Source of the DNA: Octopus bimaculoides | Lineage: Eukaryota | NCBI RefSeq assembly: GCF_001194135.2 | Contig: NC_069005.1 | Span: 21,429,013 to 21,493,012 of the forward strand | Reading direction: 5' to 3' | Length of the DNA stretch: 64,000 nt | Shown here: piece after piece, positions 1 through 11,670 of the stretch | Position numbering within the stretch: the first letter of the stretch is position 1 | Layout of the letters: each line of letters opens with the position of its first letter | Made by a program: the position numbers and the translations under genes | The notes under the pieces: generated by a model | Databases searched by the model: none | Told to the model about the DNA's origin: nothing | What the model saw: only the letters and a program-made list of their open reading frames with translations

Positions 1-1107
1 AAAAAAAAAAAAAAAAAAAATATACACACTAGCTGAATAACCTGTCGTTGCCAGGCAATTTTTACACTAGAATGTCCTATATGAATTTTTTATTTATTCC
101 ATGTCAGAGTATGCTGACAGATAAGGCCTCTTAATCAGGACAGACTTGTGCAATTTTTCGCCAAAAGACTTTGTTAAGGATTTTTTTTTCCTTTCTAAAT
201 TATTTACATGTCTGTTCAACCATTTCACATGACTTTATTCCTTAAAACTTCAGAAGTTTTTACAATTTTGGTCGTCATAATGCTTTGCTTTGGTTAGTTT
301 AATAAATATTCTTCCTCCTAATGATTTTGCTTTCATTTTATGATAGACAGCTATCATGCAGAAAATGCCAGCTTCCAAATCCTGTTTTCTGGTTAGGTAA
401 AATTGATTACCTCATCAGTGCTGGTGCCACATAAAAGCACTCAGTCCACTCTGTAAAGTGGTTGGCATTTGGAAGGGCATCCAGCTGTAAAAACCCTGCC
501 AAAACAGACAGTAAAGCTTGGTGCAATCTTCTAGCTTGTCAGTTCCTGTCAAACTGTCCAACCTATACCAGCATCAAAAACTGATATTAAGTAATGATGA
601 TGATGATACCGATGCCAATGACTTATTAGACATTTAGACATTTCTACTACAAGTTTCAGGCAGCCAGGGAACCTCAGTCTTTGTCAGTACCGTCTGAGAG
701 TGTTCGTGATTCTGAACAAGTGCTGTTATGGGTAAGGCTGGAAGTCTTCACTTACCTCTGTTAAAGAAAAAGTCTTTTTCTATGTAAAAAAAAGAAAAAA
801 CATTGAAAGCTCAATATATAACTGGTATTTATTTTATTGATCTGAAAAAAGTGTTATCCTTAGTAGGATTTGAACTTAGAACGTTGGAGAATAAAACTGA
901 ATATGGTTAGATATTAAAACCAATATTCTACTGCTACTCTGTGGCTTTTCTAGTATAAATATCTTTGGTCAGTAAAATAATGTACTAGAGTGAATTTAAT
1001 ATACTATACACCTGCCTTTATGTTACTGTTAGAAATAAATATTTTGCATATCATATATTGCTACCCATGGCACTGAACAACACAGGAAGACTTAAAGCTA
1101 AAAGCTA

Positions 1108-1545
1108 ATCATCATCATCATCATCATTGTTTAACGTCCGCTTTCCATGCTAGCATGGGTTGGACGATTTGACTGAGGACTGGTGGACCAAGTGGCTACA
1201 CCAGGCTCCAATCTGATTTGGCAGAGTTTCTACAGCTGGATGCCCTTCCTAACGCCAACCACTCCGAGAGTGTAGTGGGTGCTTTTACATGTCACCGGCA
1301 CGAAGGCCAGTCAGGCAGTACTGGCAACAGCCATGCTCGAAATGGTGTATTTTACGTGCCACCTGCACAGGAGCCAGTCCAGCAGCAGTACTGGCAACGA
1401 TCTCGCTCGAATGTCTTTTCACGTGCCACTGGCACAAGTGCCAGGAAGGTGACGTTGGTAACGATCACACTCAAATGGTGCTATTTACGTGCCACCGGCA
1501 CGGAAGACAGACAGCTGGTGCTCTAGCAACGATCACGCTCGGACC
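1108..1545 (-). mobile_element. Short element sharing the RTE-LINE 3' tail, with a (CAT)n end
   Basis: Near-identical to copies at 41757-42115, 45341-45527, 50835-51286 and 54170-54280. Confidence 0.8.
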
Positions 1546-1589
1546 TGCTGTAATATTTGACATTTTAAAAGACATTTTGGAAATAATTT

Positions 1590-2010
1590 GTAGACTGTGC
1601 TGGTATGGTCATATGATGCATATGGACAAGACACCTCCTGATCTCTATCTGTGGAGGGAACCTGTGGAAGAGGTAGACCCAAGAAGACATGGGATGAGGT
1701 GGTTAAGTATGATCTTCAGATGTTGAGTCTCATGGAGGTGATGACAAGTGACTGAGACCATTGGTGATTTGCTGTGCTTGAGAAGACATATCAAGCTAAG
1801 TGAAATTGTTGTGGCCAGTACTGGTGTTATGTAAAAGGCACCCATACACTCTGTGGAGTGGGTGGCATTATGAAGGGCATCCAGCAATAAAAACCAAACC
1901 AAACCAGGCTGGAGCCCGGGGTAGCTCTCTAGCTTTATCAGCCCCAGTCAAACTGCCCAACCCATGCCAACATGGAAAACAGATACTAGAAGAAGATGAT
2001 GATGATGATA
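1590..2010 (+). mobile_element. RTE-type LINE 3' fragment
   Basis: RLCWYGHMMHMD...GRPR-like remnants followed by the 3' tail and (GAT)n. Confidence 0.7.
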
Positions 2011-2825
2011 ATAAGGAGGAGGAGGAGGGGTTATTTATTTATTTTACAGCATATCATTAACCAAACGTTTATTTGTTTATATTTCCACTCCTCATTTGTT
2101 GAAAATAATTGATAAAGAAAAGAAATTTCGTGTCCCAAGAGCATTTTTGAGTTTGAAACAGCAACCATACAGTTGTAATATTTCACTTGCATGATCTAAA
2201 AGTGAACCATTTTATATTTGAATGCTAGGCTTCCTCTAGCTAGTTGCACTTAAAAAACGATCCTTTTGTTCTTCATGTGAGATTTTGTTAGAGTCTCCAC
2301 TTACATAATTCTTTTTCTCTGATGAAATTTTAGAAAGCATAAATTATTATACTTTTATTTCATCTAAACTTAAGCTTACTGGTAAAGATGGTTAATTTAT
2401 TTTTAATGTTTTCTTCTTTTAGCAAGATTTATTTATTTATTTATTTATTTATTATTTATTATTTTCTTTTTGTTTCCTTATAATTTCAGTTTACACTTGT
2501 TATGAATAACATAACCATATGATATGATATAATACGCATAAACTGTAAAAACTAATTCAACTATATTGATCGTTTTGTTTTAACTACATGTAAAGCCTAT
2601 TTCTGTAAACAAAAGGTACGGTCAGTAGAGTTGACTTAGGAATATGACCAATGTTTATTTAACCACCCCCACCTCAGTATATATATACAGAGAGCCATTG
2701 TAAAACATTTCATATTACAAAATAATCGATCCAGTGTTCTGTCATTTCTGCTAACATTTCAAACTATTCAAATATATTGACGGAATATGCGATCATTCTT
2801 TGCAGTAATGTATTCAATAATCAAA

Positions 2826-3437
2826 AAGTAGTAGGTGTAGGTATGGCTGTGTGCATGAGAAGCTTACTTCCCAACTACATGGTTCCAGGTTCAGTCCTAC
2901 TGCGTGGCACGCTGGGCAAGTGTCTTCTATAGCCCCTGGCTGACCAAAGCTTTATGAGTGGATTACGTAGGCAGAAACTGAAAACAGGCGGCAAGCTGGC
3001 CGAAACGTTAGCACGCCGGGCGAAATGCTAAGCAGTATTTTGTCCACCTTTACGTTCTGAGTTCAAATTCTGCCGAGGTCGACTTTGCCTTTCATCCTTT
3101 CGGGGTCGATAAATTAAGTACCAGTTATGCACTGGAGTTGATGTAATCGACTTAATACCTTTGTCTGTCCTTGTTTGTCCCCTCTACGTTTAGCCCCTTG
3201 TGGGCAATAAACATATCAGAATCATTAGCATGCCAGGTGAAATGATTAGCGGTATTTCGTCTGCAGTTACATTCTGAGTTCAAATTCTGCCGAGTTCAAC
3301 TTTGCCTTTCATCCTTTCGGGGTCGATAAATTAAGTGCCAGTTACGCACTGGGGTCGATCCAATCGACTTAATCCCTTTGTCTGTCCTTGTTTGTCCCCT
3401 CTATGTTTAGCCCCCTGTAGGCAATAAAGAAATAAGA
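2826..3437 (+). mobile_element. SINE cluster: partial family-A SINE followed by two tandem family-B SINEs
   Basis: B-box GAGTTCAAATTC and central gtcgactttgcctttcatcctttcggggtcgataaattaagtaccag repeated at about 3060-3130 and 3275-3345. Confidence 0.8.
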
Positions 3438-3588
3438 AACTGCAAACAAAATCTGTTTGTGTGTGTGTGTGTGTATTAATGTTTGCTTTTATATTCAGTT
3501 ACAATAAAAACAATTTTACATTAATCTGATGGTTTACTCTACACTTTTGTAGAGTACAAATTTATTATTCTTATACAAGAATGTTGTT

Positions 3589-3635
3589 GACAGTGACTCC
3601 GAAGTTTCAGCCAGCTAAGCCATCATCAGACTGCC
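3589..3635 (-). ncRNA. Type I hammerhead ribozyme motif (Penelope-like), within a foldback
   Basis: Minus strand reads GGCAGT-CTGATGA-t-GGCT(TAGCT)GGCT-GAA-ACT(TCGG)AGT-C^ACTGTC. Stem I is 6 bp, both core boxes are present and the cleavage triplet is GUC. Confidence 0.55.
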
Positions 3636-4416
3636 CAACAATGGCTTAGCTGGCCGAAACTTCAACGTCATTGTCAACAACATTCTTGTATAAGGATATT
3701 AAGTGTGTATGTTTGTGTGTGTGTGTGTGTGTGCATGCATGCATGTGTGCATGTCTGTGTCCATGTGTATGTGTGAGTTGGTGTCTCATCTTGATATCAC
3801 ATAATAGTTGTTAATCAAATGTAAAACATGTCTGGCCATGGAGAAATATTACCTTACTTGGAAACAGGTGAGGGTTCGAAACAAGAAGAGCATCCAGCCA
3901 CAGAAAACTTACTTCAACAAATTCCATCCACACATGTGAGCATGGAAAAGTAGACATTAAAATGATGATGATGATGTTGATGAAGTCATTAATTGATATC
4001 TGGTTGCAGACATGGCTTGTAAGTAAGTTAAGAAGTTCTCTTGGCAACCACACAGTTCAGGTGTGATTTCACTGCATGGTACCTTAGGCAAATGTCTTCT
4101 GCCATAGTCTTGGTCTGACCAATATCTTATGAGGGAAATTTGATTGGAGGAAATTTTTCAGTTGTCTATTATAAATATGTGTAGATTGGTGTAAAATTTG
4201 TGCATCTTTGCCACTCAACAAAAAGAGATTGGTGAAATAATTAAATTATTGCAGTGGAATTAATGGACTAAAAGCCTTGAGGATGGTGCTCTGGCATGAC
4301 CACAATCCAATGAGTAATAAACAATTTTAGAAAAAAAAAAAAAAAGAATATTACTATAATTCTTAGGCAAGATGGCACATCATTCAGTACCCTTTTGATC
4401 ATCTTCAGAATTACCT

Positions 4417-4650
4417 TTAAACCCTTTAGCATTAAAATTGGCCATATCCGGCCCAAATATTCTATGTATTTTATGTTCAAACTGGCCAGATCCAGCCTTT
4501 CACCCCTACCCTACAGTGCCATTCTAAAAATGAACAATCACATCATTGAAATCTTGAAGCTACAAGATAATACATGATTAATTTTTTTTTTTTTATGTGG
4601 ATAAATGAGCATTATAATTAATAAATTAATCTAAATGCTAACGAGTTTAA
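4417..4650. mobile_element. piggyBac-like MITE
   Basis: Ends taaaccctttagcatt...aatgctaacgagtttaa; internal sequence shared with 41185-41474. Confidence 0.5.
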
Positions 4651-5599
4651 GACACTGAGGGAGAGCTTGTGATTTCTATCTTTCTTATATTCTATTTCTA
4701 AATCCTGGATGGTTGGCTTTGCTTCACCTTTCTCTGGGACCAGTAAATTAAGTGCAAGTACTAAACTTGTATTTCTTTTCTGCAAAATTGTCCTTTACAT
4801 AGTCACAAAACATCAATATATTTGTACACGCTGAAAAACATGGAGCAGGTTATTAGTTACTATTCGGAGCACTTTGGAATCAAGAGACTACACAATTTAC
4901 ATCCAGCCTTACTGACTCATAACTATTGCATTCTTATGTAGAGATCAATGTAAATGTTGGAGACAGAAAATAAAAAGTACATATAAATGGTTGCTGACAA
5001 TTAAAACAACCCTAACTGCTATACCAACCAGTTCAAAAATCATCTAAACTAAGTACAATAAATAGACATTAAACTAATTGTTGATGGAAATGATAATCAT
5101 ACTGCTTATGATGATCAAAATGAGTTGCATTTTTTTCAGTTGTTTGTCTGTTTGGCTTGGAGCTGTGTAGTTCACTTTACACAGACTCACTGTATTTATA
5201 ATGATTGACCAATAGGACTACTTGGTTTCTGCAGAGTGTAGAAGACTATGAATAGATTTTTTTCTCTACTTGTTAGTTGTGAAAGGGGTGCATGTGAATA
5301 TATTGATGGCTTTGTGTTTCTCTCTACTAAACGGATGAAACCTGATTAATTTTTTCCTCTTTCTTTCAGTATGTGTATGGATACATATATATATGAGATT
5401 TTGTATATGAGCATAAATATACATAAACAGGCATAGGCATTATATATAAATACATGCATACATATGTGTGTGTGTGTGTGTGAGCCCTCAGTCAAATCGT
5501 CCAACCCATGCTAGCATGGAAAGCGGACGTTAAACGATGATGATGATGATGATGATGATGATATATGTGTTCATATAATGATATCTACACAATGTATTG

Positions 5600-5950
5600 G
5601 TGAGATAAAACATGTAATCGTTACCGAAATAGCAAAAATTTGTCCACAAAGGTCTATAGTAAACTCCTTATGGATCGATCTCCTTGGTTATATATCAAAA
5701 ATTTAAATGAGAGTTTTGACGCTAATATCCATTATTATTGAAGTTTATTACCTTATGTCAACATTTCTGTATAAAGTCAAATTCAACTCTCAATTCAAGT
5801 TAAATACATATGTTTTCTCCGTATTCTTTCTGTTGAAGAGCGTAGCTCGAAACGTTAAAGACTTTCTGTATTCCCAAGCGTCAAACTAATACATCCTTTT
5901 GTTGTCTACACCACCTGTCCTCATCTGTTGTTTTTTTCGTAAATTCTCCC
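5600..5950 (+). mobile_element. Dispersed repeat (probable Penelope-like terminus) with an atypical hammerhead-like fold at 5825-5861
   Basis: Homologous to 54390-54530; tcttt/aaaga stem, GAGC/GCTC stem, GAAACGT. Confidence 0.4.
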
Positions 5951-7283
5951 ATATATATTAAGAGGTGTGTGTGTATGTATTCATTTCACACTCAGGCACT
6001 CTTCTAGTCACTAACTCTTATCAATTTTTTCAAGTAAGGGGTCCTTTTTATTCTACAGGTCTTCAACAGTGTAGAGTGGCTAGTCATAATGTCGGAAAGA
6101 AGTACCAACATCAGCACCACTTCACTCAAGGAGTGATAAGCATGAAATGCAAACACTCAAGCATATTTGTGTGCACACATGCACGTGCACACACACACAC
6201 ACATCTAAGCACTCTATCTCACCTGTTATAATACACCTATTTAATGTTTATTGTAACAATTGTTCAACCACAGGTCATCCCTGATTAAGCAGACTCGTGA
6301 CACAATTGTTATTGCTGTTTAGCCCTAGGTTAACCTTGGTTAAGTAGACTTATGATCAAAAGCATTCCAGCTATGCTTTTCTTTTTTTATATACATTTAT
6401 TTCTATATATACTTACTTGTCTCAGTTGTTAGGGTGGTGGAATGATTTGAACGAGATTTGGTTGCTATTTCTAGCGGATCAAGTGACCACATAGAGACTC
6501 TTTTGTTGGTTTGTAGTTATTCAAATGACTCATGACCCACAGAGCTATTGTTCCAGCAATACCGTACAGATAGGCATGTAGTAGTTTGTTGTACGGAGTT
6601 CAGGACATGTTGCTTTTTTCACTGTCCAGTCTGTTTTAGCAAGCAACCACCACCACCACCTGCTTGTGACCCGCTGCTCAGCTTCAGGCCAGTCATGACT
6701 TATGACTTATGATTTATGATCAAGGGTATTCCATCTGTGACTATCCAGTCTTTTATATCTGTGAGATCAGTCACTTGTTCTGTCAAACCAGATATGCTGT
6801 TTTTGGAAAAAGGACACTATTCTTTGAATAGTGTGGTTCTCTAGACCCTGTCTCATCCTCATCACCATTTAACATCCACTTTTCCATACTTGTAAGGATC
6901 AGACAGAATTTGATAAGGCAGATTTTTCTATGGCTGGATGCCCTTCCTATCACCAACCTGCATCTGTTTCCAATCAAGGAAATATTTTCCTGTGCCCTGA
7001 CACATTTTCCATGGAAGGCTGGACACAAACAGCACCACTTGCATAACGGTAATACTCATGTACTACCATCAGATGATGTAGATAAGGGAACACCCACATG
7101 TGCGCATGTGACAGACTTCTTTCTATCACATTGTTGGGAAGCGAACTTAAACATTTGACCAACACAGAAATTATAGATTATTTTGACATGATCATTCAAT
7201 GAATATCCCTCTAAATAAAAGTTTATACAAAAAACAGTAAAATATGTTGTTCTATTTTGGCATAGTCTTTTAACTTTTGTGCT

Positions 7284-7480
7284 TACTCTTTTACTTGTTT
7301 CAGTCATTTGACTGCGGCCATACTGGAGCACCGCCTTTATAGTCGAGCAAATCGGCCCCAGGACTTATTCTTTGTAAGCCTAGTACTTATTCTCTTGGTC
7401 TCTTTTGCCAAACCGCTAAGTTACAGGAATGTAAACACACCAGCATCGGTTGTCAAGCGATGCTGGGGGGACAAACACAA

Positions 7481-7513
<33 letters not shown>

Positions 7514-7684
7514 CATATATATGACAGGCTTCTTCCAGTTTCCATCTACCAAATCCACTCACAAGGCTCTGGTCGGCTCGAGGCTATAGTAGAAGACACT
7601 TGCCCAAGGTGCCACGCAGTGGGACTGAACCCGGAACCATGTGGTTGGTAAGCAAGCTACTTACCACACAGCCACTCCTGTGCC
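7284..7684 (-). mobile_element. Full-length family-A tRNA-derived SINE
   Basis: Reverse complement of the 9319-9719 copy; A/B-box-like head, CORE-like ccttgggcaagtgtctt, central (CA/TA)n. Confidence 0.9.
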
Positions 7685-7879
7685 TATCTGTTTACTAAAA
7701 GTTTCTTAAAAATTCTTTCCCCAATGCAGTTTTATGAAATTTCAACTTATCGTGACACCTAACAAACACTCATAAACATAGTTTTGACATCATTATGATT
7801 ATCATAATCATTGTAATTTTCCGCCATTGGCTTGCCCTGTATTGTCATCATAAATTTTCACTGGTTTTCTTTTATTCAG

Positions 7880-7990
7880 GCCTCTTATCATGTAGTGTTC
7901 TTTGGTAAAAAAGTTTCCCGAGCCTGGGTTCCCTTAGCCTGTATAAAGCCCTTTGAGAAAGGTCACAGTCCTCCAGCATCTTATGAAAAT
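7880..7990 (+). CDS. ZCWPW1: ZCWPW1-like gene, internal exon (C-terminal half of PWWP domain)
   Basis: Acceptor ttttctttattcag and donor gtgagt flank 111 nt, phase 0-0, encoding ASYHVVFFGKKVSRAWVPLACIKPFEKGHSPPASYEN. YHVxFFGxxVSRAW matches the ZCWPW1-type PWWP (recalled human YHVTFFGETVSRAWI) better than the NSD or MSH6 PWWP. Confidence 0.8.
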
Positions 7991-8114
7991 GTGAGTATAA
8001 GAATATAATGGCTATTTTGTTCTAATATGTTTGTTTTATCTTCTATCTTTTACTCATTTCACTCAGTGGGTACAGTGATGCGTAGAGGAGAGATATGATG
8101 ATGAAGGGCTAGGG

Positions 8115-8396
8115 TAGTGGTTCCCAAGTTTTTTGGGGGGCTGCCACTCCCTTGACACCCAGACCACATTCCTAGCACTCCTCACCACAAATATAGACCG
8201 ATTCCTGTATTAAATTCAAAACAACTGTATTTCACAAAAAGGACTTAACCTAATTAACCCATTATTTTGTTATTTTCACATCCATTGCCCCTTTTGGTCA
8301 CCCCATTACTGCCCACTTTCCTTCAACACCGCCCTCAATTTTTCCACTGCCCCTAGGATGGGGTGGGGGAAGTACTGCCCACTTTGGGAACCACTG
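8115..8396. mobile_element. hAT-type MITE
   Basis: TIRs (t)agtggttcccaa / ttgggaaccactg; ctag-like target flanks. Confidence 0.65.
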
Positions 8397-8643
8397 ATCT
8401 AACGCATGCCGATATGGCCTACACCATCACTGGGTTCAGCTCCTCAATCACCATTAACACTTTGTTTCCCTTCTTTCCTTCACACTAATTTCCCACATCA
8501 CTCTACCCATTTTCCTCTCTTTTATTTCTATTTCTAAACTTTCACAATAAATTTCTTCCACTGATCTTGGGAGCTGTCTTTTTGTCTTGTAAGCAGGAAG
8601 GCTGACAGCAAGGCAACTTCTACAGTGGTGGTGCCACAGAAAA

Positions 8644-8682
<39 letters not shown>

Positions 8683-9043
8683 GGATCCTATTGAACTACC
8701 TTACTCATGCCAGCATGGAAAACACACATAAAATGATGATGGTGGTGGTGGATTTGGCAATGGTTGTGGCAGTGATGCTAATGAGGATGAGAGAGTGAGT
8801 GTGTGTATGTGTGTGCAATCATTAAAATAGCATATTAAATAGATAAGCTATAAAAATTCTTGTTATCTATCTTTTTTAATTTCTTTTTATTATTATCTTA
8901 TGTTTCTGAGGACATGCTTCCTGTCAACATTTCTCTCTGCTAATAACTCCTGTTTTCGTTGTACTCTTAAACTTTATTTTTTTTTCTTCTTTCATTTCAT
9001 TTCTGGATTTTAAGTAAACATTTTTCCTCCACCTCACCCACAG

Positions 9044-9118
9044 GTTAAATACTCCCTGACTGATCAGAGAACTGAAGCAATAAAATCAGCAAATGAAGCT
9101 AATGAGTTTGATCTGAAA
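9044..9118 (+). CDS. ZCWPW1: ZCWPW1-like gene, internal exon (PWWP C-terminal helices)
   Basis: Acceptor tttttcctccacctcacccacag, donor gtaagt, 75 nt, phase 0-0, VKYSLTDQRTEAIKSANEANEFDLK. Aligns to the A..xA.EA helix that follows the ZCWPW1 PWWP barrel. Confidence 0.75.
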
Positions 9119-9318
9119 GTAAGTTACATAATCAGCACACAAACAATTAATCATGAATTTTTATTTTTTTCTGTTTTAATATTGGATATTATTTCACATT
9201 GATATTGTTAGAATGAAACTGTAGTGTTGCATCTGCAAGGCAAGAGTATTTTGTAAAAGCAGTTCTTCTGACATGGACAGAGGTTGCAAGTAAATATATG
9301 AAATAAATATATACATTA

Positions 9319-9719
9319 GGCGCAGGAGTGGCTGTGTGGTAAGTAGCTTGCTTACCAACCACATGGTTCTGGGTTCAGTCCCACTGCGTGGCACCTTGGG
9401 CAAGTGTCTTCTACTATAGCCTCGGGCCGACCAAAGCCTTGTGAGTGGATTTGGTAGACGGAAATTGAAAGAAGCCCGTCGTATATATATGTATATGTGT
9501 GTATATGTTTGTGTGTCTGTGTTTGTCCCCCCAACATCGCTTGACAACCGATGCTGGTGTGCTTACGTCCCCGTAACTTAGCGGTTTGGCAAAAGAGACC
9601 GATAGAATAAGTACTAGGCTTCCAAAGAATAAGTCCTGGGGTCGATTTGCTCAACTAAAGGCGGTGCTCCAGCATGGCCGCAGTCAAATGACTGAAACAA
9701 GTAAAAGAGTAAAAGAGTA
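9319..9719 (+). mobile_element. Full-length family-A tRNA-derived SINE
   Basis: ggcgcaggagtggctgtgtgg...gggttcagtccc...(aaaagagt)n tail. Confidence 0.9.
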
Positions 9720-10566
9720 TTAGCTTCATGTAATGTAAGAGAGAACGAGAGAGAGAGAGAGAGAGATTTGAGTAGAGGGTTGTATATATACACATAAGGG
9801 TTTTTTTTTTTTATTTATGATTTGACTCCATGCTTTTCTGTTTGTGAAAGTGAATGCATTTAATTAATGTTGACACAGTATATTACTTAATTCTATATAA
9901 GAATATATTTCTAGCCTCACTCTATAAATTGCAGTTGTAACCCCTAGAGGGAACAGATGAGTCTGGCAACATAAAGATAGTGATTTTAATCTGGTTGGAT
10001 CTCAATGAAGTATAGTCATGTTTGTTACCTCAGCTGGACTGTCTGTATATTGGTCTATATCTAAAAAAAAAAGGATTATCTTGTGGTGTAGTGTTGATAA
10101 TTAGCATATGAAAAAATTAACTATCACAACACAGAGCATATGAGGTAATTAATTCCATATAACAATATACTGCTAACCTTGCTGTGACCCACTTGGGTCA
10201 AATCTGTAATCTGTCAGTTGTCGATGTTGTATTTTCTCTGTAAGAAGAAAACTGTCTTCTTTTTAGGTCAAGGCTAAAAATGATATTCTTATATTGAGTT
10301 AATTAATTTATGTTCTCTATATGTTGTGCAATTTTTTTTTCAGGCTGTTAATATTGTTTAATTGTGGCTCAGGCAAAGGACCAAGTGCAAGGCCTCTGAT
10401 CCTGAAGCACTTTCTGTTTTTACATAGTCTCCAACACTGGCTGCAGAAAATGAGAAAGAAGCTGCACATCAAGGGGTAACTACAGATAAAGGACCAGGTC
10501 TGGACACTTAGACTAGTGTGTACTCTGCTAAAGGCACTAGGTGATGGTGGCGGTATTGGTCTAGAT

Positions 10567-11305
10567 CAGTGGTTCTCAACTGGGATCCATATGACCCCAG
10601 GGATGCAGTGTGTGTGTGTAGGGGGGGCATATAGGATTCTGTGGGGTCCAAACAAGCAAAATAGTAAATTGGGGATCTACAACAGTATTTTAGGGTTTCA
10701 TGAAAAAATCTCTCTCATTCATTGCCTTACATGGAGGCGCAATGGCCCAGTGGTTAGGGTAGCGGACTCGTGGTCATAGGATCGCGGTTTCAATTCCCAG
10801 ACCGGGCGTTGTGAGTGTTTATTGAACGAAAACACCTAAAGCTCCATGAGGCTCCGGCAGGGGATGGTGGCGAACCCTGCTGTACTCTTTCACCACAACT
10901 TTCTCTCACTCTTACTTCCTGTTTCTGTTGTGCCTGTAATTCAAAGGGTCAGCCTTGCCACACTGTGTCACGCTGAATATCCCCAAGAACCACGTTAAGG
11001 GTACACGTGTCTGTGGAGTGCTCAGCCACTTGTATGTTAATTTCACGAGCAGGCTGTTCCGTTGATCAGATCAACTGGAACCCTCGACGTCGTAAGCGAC
11101 GGAGTGCCAACAACAACATTGCCTTACATAGTTCAACATGTTTCCAGCCACTATTGCAAACCTTCACAGGTGAATGGGTGAAAAGCAGGAATTTTAAAAG
11201 AAGTATCTGTAAACTAGTTCTTAAACAATGAATGGCTATGGGGGTCCACCAGAGTAAAATGCTAATTGAAGAGGTTCATAGGCAAAAAATGGTTAGGGAC
11301 TCTTG
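10567..11305 (+). mobile_element. hAT (Charlie-like) MITE interrupted by a SINE
   Basis: Starts cagtggttctcaac; colinear with 11314-11670 apart from the inserted SINE; left flank gtctagat. Confidence 0.75.
10733..11116 (+). mobile_element. Full-length family-C tRNA-derived SINE with a 13-bp TSD
   Basis: A box tggcccagtgg, B-box-like ggtttcaattccc, (CAA)n tail; cattgccttacat duplicated at 10720-10732 and 11117-11129. Confidence 0.9.
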
Positions 11306-11313
11306 ATCTAGGT

Positions 11314-11670
11314 CAGTGGTTCTCAACTGGGGTCCATATGGCCTCTGAGGGTCCATATAAGATTTTGTGGGGTCCATGCAGCAAAATAGTAAATTGGGGA
11401 TCCACGATAGTATTTCAAGGTTCAAGGGCCCCTGAAAAAATTTTGTTTTAGATGTATGTATTGGTATGTATTGCAAGAAACAGCTAGGTTTCTTTCTCTA
11501 TCATTTTACATAGTTCAACCTACACAAGTTAATGTGTGAAAAACAAAACAGGAATTTTGAAAGAAGCATCTTTAAAGTTAGTTCTTATACATTGAATTAC
11601 TATGGGAGTCCACCAGAATAAAATAGTAATCAAAGGGGGTCCAAAGATAAAAAATTGTTGAGAAACCCTG
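11314..11670 (+). mobile_element. hAT (Charlie-like) MITE
   Basis: TIRs cagtggttctcaac / gttgagaaaccctg; perfect 8-bp TSD atctaggt at 11306-11313 and 11671-11678. Confidence 0.85.

Noticed and set aside
661-731. Possible + exon AAREPQSLSVPSESVRDSEQVLLW with a gtaagg donor
   Set aside because: No resemblance to the expected upstream ZCWPW1 segment (W..DPD), two frames are open and the acceptor is mediocre.
1218-1726. ORFs of 102 and 145 aa
   Set aside because: They lie in a multi-copy RTE-tail element; the same peptides recur at 41864 and elsewhere.
10344-10500. Acceptor-like tttttttttcag followed by open frames
   Set aside because: The phase-0 frame stops after 5 codons, and exon 26805 supplies the homologous continuation.
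10733-10810. tRNA-like heads of SINEs
   Set aside because: A and B boxes are present but there is no complete cloverleaf; these are SINE heads, not tRNA genes.
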